Positions 58,347 through 64,000 of a stretch of 64,000 nucleotides of DNA are shown piece after piece. The notes beneath the pieces are model-generated. The model searched no databases. It was not told the DNA's origin and saw only the letters and a program-made list of their open reading frames with translations. Source of the DNA: Chthonomonadaceae bacterium. Lineage in GTDB: Bacteria; Armatimonadota; Chthonomonadetes; Chthonomonadales; Chthonomonadaceae. Position numbers and translations under genes: made by a program. The stretch covers positions 3,894,541 to 3,958,540 of the forward strand of contig OZ251990.1 in NCBI GenBank assembly GCA_965246825.1. The letters run 5' to 3'. How positions within the stretch are numbered: the stretch's first letter is position 1; every line of letters begins with the position of its first letter.

Positions 58347-59219
58347 ATGCTTTTCAAGTCCTGCCTTGCCATTGGCTTATTTTTGTTGTCCCGGCCCGGT
58401 TTTGCGGCCCCGCAGAGTTTTGATTTCAGAGACCCAAAGGCGACCAATACCATCTCGATCACGATTGATTCGGCGTGGGAGCCGATTACCGGCAGTGCCG
58501 CTGGAATCAGCGGGACCGTTTTCTTCGATCCTAAAAACCCGGCCCTGACCACCGGCAAAATCGAGGTTGCGGTGTCCAGCATCGAATTTCCCAACAAGGG
58601 CTATGGATTTACGGCGCGTGCTTCCTACGGGTTGTATGCCGAAAAATACCCCGCAATTACCTTTGCGCTGAAGAAGGTGCGTACCGTTAAAGAAATTCGA
58701 CCAGGGCATTACCGTGCCGTTGTCGAAGCGGATTTTACCTGTCGCGGGATTACCCGCCCTTTGATTGTGCCCGTTCTCGCCGCGTACCTTCCGGGCAAGG
58801 CAGGGCCGCGAGGCGGGGGAGTGGAGGGCGATCTGCTCACGCTTCGCACCAATTTCGTGGTGCATCGTAACGACTACAAAATCGCTCAGGGCGTGGAGGA
58901 AGAACTGGTGGCTCAAGATGTGGAGGTGCGGGTCGCGGTCGTCGGCATCCACCAAACCAAATCTGTGAAGCCTGCTCTCGCTCCAAAGCCCAAACCGAAA
59001 TCCTCTTCTCAGAAAGGCCCTACGATTAAAGCAAACCGCTTGGCGGGGATGGCGAAAAAATCTCAGAAACCTGACGCGGCGGCACCGGGATTCACGGTTC
59101 TTTTGCCGAAACCTTGGAAAAGGCGGAACGTTGGGGAGGTTGAACGGAACTTTTGGGCCTTTCTTCCCCGTTATTCAACTGACTGCCGAAGGGACGTATC
59201 CTCCGCAGCGCGTTTTTGA
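58347..59219 (+). CDS. YceI-like secreted protein with Lys/Pro-rich C-terminal tail
   Basis: Signal peptide, then a YceI-like beta-barrel region (ISITIDSAWEPITGSAAGISGTVFFDP...KIEVAVSSIE). Confidence 0.65.
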   Translation: MLFKSCLAIGLFLLSRPGFAAPQSFDFRDPKATNTISITIDSAWEPITGSAAGISGTVFFDPKNPALTTGKIEVAVSSIEFPNKGYGFTARASYGLYAEKYPAITFALKKVRTVKEIRPGHYRAVVEADFTCRGITRPLIVPVLAAYLPGKAGPRGGGVEGDLLTLRTNFVVHRNDYKIAQGVEEELVAQDVEVRVAVVGIHQTKSVKPALAPKPKPKSSSQKGPTIKANRLAGMAKKSQKPDAAAPGFTVLLPKPWKRRNVGEVERNFWAFLPRYSTDCRRDVSSAARF

Positions 59220-59241
59220 GACCGTCTCAGGAGAAACTTAC

Positions 59242-59832
59242 ATGAATCGAATCAGCCAATTATCGGCGGCGGCATTGGCCGGAACCCTCGCCATTGCTGG
59301 AGCCTCCCTCAGTTCTGCCCTCACCGGAGAATTGAATTCAGGAGTGGAAAAAGGCGGGATGTTGTCGGCATTTCACCCCAAACACATTTCCGGCCCGGAC
59401 AAAAAAACGAGTACCTGCCCGGTGTGTAAGTACCCACAAAATCCGGCGGTGCAAATCTGGGTGAACAACGACGACCCCCAAAATGTGGAGACGCTCGTCA
59501 ACACACTGGAAAAATCACTGAAAGCCAACTCCGACAAAAAAATGAAGGCGTTCGTCATTTACCTGAACCCGACGAAAAAATCAGCCAAAACGTTGACTTC
59601 CGATCTCGAAGGAGTCGCCAGGAAAAACAAAATCGAGCGCGTCTCTCTCGCTTATCTGGCCAGCCCGAAAGATGACGCCATCAAAGAGTACAAAATCAAC
59701 ACCGACGCCAAAATCAAAAATACGGTGTTTGTGTACAAAGAGCGCGAAGTAAAGTCGAAGTTCGTCAATCTGGTGGCCGACGAAAAAGGGCTGGAAGAAT
59801 TGAACTCCGCCATCAGCGAAGTTCTTCACTAA
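59242..59832 (+). CDS. secreted hypothetical protein
   Basis: AGGAGA ribosome-binding site before ATG 59242. Signal peptide. Single CPVC motif. No family recognised. Confidence 0.4.
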   Translation: MNRISQLSAAALAGTLAIAGASLSSALTGELNSGVEKGGMLSAFHPKHISGPDKKTSTCPVCKYPQNPAVQIWVNNDDPQNVETLVNTLEKSLKANSDKKMKAFVIYLNPTKKSAKTLTSDLEGVARKNKIERVSLAYLASPKDDAIKEYKINTDAKIKNTVFVYKEREVKSKFVNLVADEKGLEELNSAISEVLH

Positions 59833-59887
59833 GCAGCGACTCAGAGTAAGTTCTTCGTTTTCGCCCCTAGCCCTTTTGACCGGGGAT

Positions 59888-60040
59888 GCGGGCCGGGCAT
59901 TAAAGTACCCATCAAGGGCACACCAGCGGTAGCACCGACACGCCGGGCATCCAATTCCCCGTCGAGGACGCCTCGATACGCCGGGCATTAAAATACCCGT
60001 CGAGGACGCCTCGACACGCCGGGCATTAAAATACCCGTCT
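59888..60040. repeat. tandem direct repeats, ~38-bp unit, ~3.5 copies, each containing a 7-bp hairpin (GTCGAGG-acg-CCTCGAC)
   Basis: Unit is ACGCCGGGCATTAAAATACCCGTCGAGGACGCCTCGAC. Copies at 59940-59977 and 59978-60015, a partial copy from 60016, and a degenerate copy at ~59888-59939. The units are contiguous with no spacers. Confidence 0.7.
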
Positions 60041-60161
60041 GGGGAGCCTTCGGCGAAACGTCCTGCGGACGGAACGGCGAGTTCGGACACGTTCGCAAAC
60101 CGACAAGACCATTTTGCGCCTTTGCTGAGTAGAGTTCAGAAAGCAGGGAGGAGAAGAGTCC

Positions 60162-60593
60162 GTGCGAAATTGGGGTTTAGCGGCTTTTGCCGCACTGGTG
60201 CTCACCGGATTTGCCTTACCGTCCGATAGTCTTCCTTCTCCCTCAATCCCCTGGGAAACGAATCTGGATGCGGCCCAGAAACGAGCCGCCAAAGAAAACA
60301 AACCGCTTTTCCTGGATTTTTCGGCGCAATGGTGCACCCCCTGCCAGAAAATGCTTGCTACTACCTACAAAGACAAAAAAGTGGTGGCAAAAATGAAGCA
60401 GTTTATTCCCGTGCTCCTCGACTACGATCAAAGCAGACCGACCGTCAAAAAGTACGGCGTGGATTCCCTGCCGACCTTTCTCTTTTTCGCTCCGAACGGC
60501 AAAGAGATCAAACGGATCACGAAATTCCAAAGTCCGAAGGCTTTGCTCCAGCAGATGCAGTCCTCCCTCAAGAAAGCTGCAGCGAAGTCCTAA
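60162..60593 (+). CDS. secreted thioredoxin-like protein (CxxC), third paralog
   Basis: Signal peptide, then LFLDFSAQWCTPCQKM. Confidence 0.6.
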   Translation: MRNWGLAAFAALVLTGFALPSDSLPSPSIPWETNLDAAQKRAAKENKPLFLDFSAQWCTPCQKMLATTYKDKKVVAKMKQFIPVLLDYDQSRPTVKKYGVDSLPTFLFFAPNGKEIKRITKFQSPKALLQQMQSSLKKAAAKS

Positions 60594-60694
60594 CAAAGGC
60601 CGACAAAAACGCCCCTCTTAATCTCAGAGGGGCGTTCTCATTTTTTGGCTGCGTTTGCTTTGCAATGCAGGCTCTCAAATCGGTTCACTCAACT

Positions 60695-62170
60695 TTACCC
60701 AACGCTTTTGAGAAAGCGAGCCGCCTCTTTCTCATAAGTATGGAAGGGGTTTTTGAGATCGAGCTGCTTGTTGCGTTCCACATAAATGGCGTCCCAGTCA
60801 ATGACGTAACGGGCATTCGGTTTGGTGAGCAAAGTAGAGATGATCTGTCCCCGCCCGGCGGCGCGGGTGTCCGTCGGCGGGCAGGTGATCGCTTTTTGCA
60901 CCTCTTCGTCGGTCACGAGCCGGCGGATCGCCCCCGCCTCTTCCAGCCCATAGTAAAGCCCCTGGGTCGGGTTGACGTTGTGGTATTCGAGATCGAGGCT
61001 TTGCAGCATATCGTCGTGCCAGGTCACGCCGTTTTCTTGAATATAGTCCCGGTAAAGCAGGAATTTCGCCGACCAGTCTAAACGGTCTGCGGTTGAGAGC
61101 GGATCGGTTTCAAGAGCGTCAAGAATCGTTTCCCACTCGCGCAACACGATGTCGGTTTGTTCACTTTTCTGGCCCTGGTATTTTTTGGCGGCATCCAAAT
61201 ACCGACGCTGAAGATCAATCGCCGAGATGGTTTTTCCGTTTCGGAGTTTCACCGTCCAGCGGAATGTAGGGTCACGGGAAATCGAGCGCAGCGTTTCCAG
61301 CGGGTCGGCCACCTCCACATCCTGCGGCACAATTCCCTCTTCGATCAAATCGAGCACCAGACTTGTCGTTCCAACCTTCAGCATCAGCGCGTATTCACTC
61401 ATATTCGACTCGCCGTAGAGAATATGAAGCCGGTGCAGATTGCTGTAGGAATAGTAGGAATCCCATTTCGGGTTGATGATTGCCCGATTGAAACGCACCC
61501 GTGACGAGATGGTTTTGACAATGTGGTCGGCCCGCTGCGACAACTGAAAATCTACCGTTTTGTCAATTTCGACCCCGTAGAAGTTGGAAACCCAAACGTA
61601 ATCCACTTCATGTTCGCCAAGGGTCATGATATTGTTTTTGGAGGAGGGACGAGTTAAACGATGCCCCCCCACCCTGCCGATTCCCGCGAAGATTTGCCGG
61701 GTAACGAGAAAAGGCAGCAAATAAGTGAGGGCGTCGGTAAAAAACCGATCTTCGATTTGTACAAGATAGTTTTCGTGACAGCCGAAGGTGTGCCCGCCAA
61801 AGTGGTCAATGCTGTTGTTATGAAAACTGACCGCCTCATCGAGATCGAGTTCCTGCAGGAGTTGAGCGAGCAAAATGCGTCCTGCCCGGTCGTGGCGCAC
61901 AAGATCGAGCAGATCGGAGCACTCTGCCGTAGCGTATTCCTCGTGGCTCCCGACCGCATCAATGTAGAGACGCCCGCCGTTAGTGAGAAAGCCGCCTGCC
62001 CGCGCCGGTTCAAATGCATAGTCGCGGGCATGAAGATCAATCACGCCCAGTTTCTTTTCATAAAAGGCGTAATCTTTGACCTGCTCGACAATTTCTTCTG
62101 GCGTTCCTACAGAAGGGTCGCGCACCATACAGCCGAATTCCGTCTCAATGCCAAAAATTCGCTTTTCCAT
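60695..62170 (-). CDS. Pup ligase/deamidase family protein (PafA/Dop family; PafA-like by position)
   Basis: MEKRIFGIETEFGCM...GGRLYIDAVGSHEEYATAEC closely parallels the PafA/Dop N-terminus (M..RIMGIETEFG...YLDVGSHPEYATAEC). AGGAA ribosome-binding site. Confidence 0.75.
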   Translation of the reverse strand: MEKRIFGIETEFGCMVRDPSVGTPEEIVEQVKDYAFYEKKLGVIDLHARDYAFEPARAGGFLTNGGRLYIDAVGSHEEYATAECSDLLDLVRHDRAGRILLAQLLQELDLDEAVSFHNNSIDHFGGHTFGCHENYLVQIEDRFFTDALTYLLPFLVTRQIFAGIGRVGGHRLTRPSSKNNIMTLGEHEVDYVWVSNFYGVEIDKTVDFQLSQRADHIVKTISSRVRFNRAIINPKWDSYYSYSNLHRLHILYGESNMSEYALMLKVGTTSLVLDLIEEGIVPQDVEVADPLETLRSISRDPTFRWTVKLRNGKTISAIDLQRRYLDAAKKYQGQKSEQTDIVLREWETILDALETDPLSTADRLDWSAKFLLYRDYIQENGVTWHDDMLQSLDLEYHNVNPTQGLYYGLEEAGAIRRLVTDEEVQKAITCPPTDTRAAGRGQIISTLLTKPNARYVIDWDAIYVERNKQLDLKNPFHTYEKEAARFLKSVG

Positions 62171-62221
62171 TTCGTTCCTGTACCGATTCGTTCTCTCTGC
62201 GTCGGAGAAAACGGAGAGACA

Positions 62222-63016
62222 CTATTGATGCTTGTAGTCAGCGAGCAAAAGGGTCAGGTCTTCTTCCGTCAGCAGACGAAACCGGCTTTCCCGCTTTGTG
62301 TCGCGCTCTAAAATTCCAACCTCGACGCTGCCCGTTTTCAGTTCGTCCAGCAAAAACGCCCGGTTTGCCTCGGCTTCGTCCAGGTCGCGAAGCGGATTGA
62401 GGTCTTCCTCATCGCGGGCGTACTGCGGCTTGATGGCTTCTCGCGCCCCGACAATCCAGGCACTGAGAGCTTTCTGAAGAGCCTCTTCACGCCCAAGGCT
62501 GTGGGAAGCCCCTTCCAGGCGTTCCAGCATTTTGTCCTCGGCATCTTGGCTTCCGGCGATCACGGCGTACTCAGGGTAAATACGAAATTCGCCATCATAA
62601 TTGAGCGTGTAAAATCCGTCACCTTCCGGCTTTTTGCCAATTTCAGCAAAAAGGGCCCGGATGACATAGGGGACGCCGGAGAACATATCTCCATACGATT
62701 GTTTAAGCGAGGGACTGAGCACAAACCCAACTAGACGCTGAAGGGTCACATCGTCGGGGCTGCGCTCAAATCCTTCCTGATGGGCAATTTGAATGGTTTT
62801 GACCCGGACGTTTTCGATGTCGGACTGCATTCCGATGGCCGAAAACATCTGCCGATCATACAATTCATACACTTTTCGCTGCGAGCGGCGCACCGTTAGC
62901 AACAGCATTCCTTTATCGAAACTCACCCCGACAACGGGCGAGCCTTCGCGGAGGCGGTTTTCAACATTGTCTTTTCGGTAGCCAGCGGCTTCCTCACGGT
63001 CATAAGGGGTAAACAT
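62222..63016 (-). CDS. prcA: 20S proteasome alpha subunit (PrcA-like)
   Basis: Start chosen at ATG 63016 (MFTPYDRE... aligns with the PrcA MSFPYF... start). ELYDR and YDG motifs. The maximal ORF starts with GTG at 63043. Confidence 0.7.
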   Translation of the reverse strand: MFTPYDREEAAGYRKDNVENRLREGSPVVGVSFDKGMLLLTVRRSQRKVYELYDRQMFSAIGMQSDIENVRVKTIQIAHQEGFERSPDDVTLQRLVGFVLSPSLKQSYGDMFSGVPYVIRALFAEIGKKPEGDGFYTLNYDGEFRIYPEYAVIAGSQDAEDKMLERLEGASHSLGREEALQKALSAWIVGAREAIKPQYARDEEDLNPLRDLDEAEANRAFLLDELKTGSVEVGILERDTKRESRFRLLTEEDLTLLLADYKHQ

Positions 63017-63158
63017 CAGTGACAATCTTTCATTCTTATCCACAGTTCGGCACAGAAGAGCACAGATTAAAACGCAAATTACGAGAGCATCTCTACTTTT
63101 ATTCGGAATTGGTCATCTCTGTTTTGCTGTACCGGTCTGGGGATCAATCTTCAAACCA

Positions 63159-63989
63159 CTATCTTTTGCGACCGCCGGTTTCGCGGTCAATGGCATCCAT
63201 GACACGAGACAGTTCCTCCTCGGAAACGTCCTCAATGCCGTCTGCGGTGATGGTTTTGGCGAGCGGGAAAACTTTCTGAAAGCCTCCCGTGGCGGCGTCG
63301 AGATCGGCGGCAATATCAAGCAAAAATAAGGCTTCTTTCAGGGCTTCGTCGCGGGTCATATCGTGAAAGGGCTTTTTCGTTTTCACAATATAATCAAAAA
63401 TTCCGCGTATTTGAGTGGAGCCAGACCCCGCCGCGCCGTATTCGGTGCTCTCAAAACGTGCCCCCGCGCCATCATAGAAGAAAATCCGTCCTTCGTTCGT
63501 TTCGCGATCAAAGGTGGTTAGGATCGGAATAAAGCCGCCGATGCCGCTCATCGCTTCGGCGATTCCGGCGCGAACCACTTTGGCGAGTTCGGCGAGTTTC
63601 CCATCAAGGCTCATCTGCTGAAGGTAGGTGCGCTCAAACAGCTTGAAGGTGGTTCGGAGGTAGCGTACTACTTCCATCGCACGCGCAAAGGAGCCGGAAA
63701 TGGCGAGCAGGGTGTAGTCGTCAATCGGCAGAACTTTTTCGGATCGGTCGTACATCACGGCAAAGCCCGCCGTTGCCCGACGGTCGCCGACGGTAATCAC
63801 GCCGCTGTCGAACTTAACAGCAATCACGGTCGTTCCGTGCGTATCAATCACACCTGGCCCGGCGTGGCTGTCGTTTGGGCGCACACCGGGAGTTTGAGCG
63901 GGAAGCGCGAGAGACCGGGTCAGCGGATGACCACTTTGCTCCAGCAATTCCCACAAGCCGCGTTGAATCTCCATTGAAATTTTTGTCAC
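63159..63989 (-). CDS. prcB: 20S proteasome beta subunit (PrcB-like) with propeptide
   Basis: Ntn-hydrolase motif ...DTHG/TTVIAVKFDSGVITVGDRRATAG with a ~50-aa propeptide. Start is GTG 63989 or ATG 63974. The frame may extend past the right window edge. Confidence 0.7.
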   Translation of the reverse strand: MTKISMEIQRGLWELLEQSGHPLTRSLALPAQTPGVRPNDSHAGPGVIDTHGTTVIAVKFDSGVITVGDRRATAGFAVMYDRSEKVLPIDDYTLLAISGSFARAMEVVRYLRTTFKLFERTYLQQMSLDGKLAELAKVVRAGIAEAMSGIGGFIPILTTFDRETNEGRIFFYDGAGARFESTEYGAAGSGSTQIRGIFDYIVKTKKPFHDMTRDEALKEALFLLDIAADLDAATGGFQKVFPLAKTITADGIEDVSEEELSRVMDAIDRETGGRKR

Positions 63990-64000
63990 TTCCTCATTAA

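Noticed and set aside
59888-60040. Possible CRISPR array
   Set aside because: Repeat units are directly contiguous with no spacers, there are only ~3.5 copies, and no cas genes are nearby. Interpreted as a tandem repeat, not CRISPR.

Overview
High-GC (~60%) bacterial chromosomal window that is densely coding on both strands, with roughly 54 protein genes and 2 tRNAs. Lineage hints are a DUF1559 prepilin-type protein, two PEP-CTERM proteins and dockerin-tailed secreted proteins, which point to a Planctomycetes/Verrucomicrobia/Armatimonadetes-like organism rather than an actinobacterium. Main content, left to right: a 5'-truncated IS481-family transposase with a small-protein/retropepsin pair; sugar-acid and inositol catabolism (IlvD/EDD dehydratase, LacI regulator, myo-inositol oxygenase, and a distant xylulokinase); housekeeping genes (bL28, moaA, tatD, nadD-rsfS, pdxS, tRNA-Arg, tRNA-Ser); a GspE-like ATPase / NfeD-like / flotillin cluster; a regulated island of large secreted proteins (dockerin, PEP-CTERM) next to a BTAD-STAND-TPR regulator; a minus-strand cluster of nucleotide cyclase-STAND-TPR, TPR-CHAT protease, FAD oxidoreductase and an orphan HslU; an ECF sigma factor fused to a transmembrane/extracytoplasmic domain; and, at the right edge, a Pup-proteasome gene set (prcB-prcA-pafA/dop). 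Non-coding structure includes a palindromic repeat family flanking pdxS, a 38-bp tandem repeat array, a 20-bp perfect inverted repeat, a LacI-type operator palindrome, several intrinsic terminators and near-consensus sigma70 promoters. Gene calls rest on reading the supplied translations for family-specific motifs. Start codons were re-picked by hand and may be off by a codon; one manual check (11334..11630) disagreed with the ORF track by 1 nt, so hand-derived coordinates for starts, tRNAs and non-coding elements may be off by about 1 nt.
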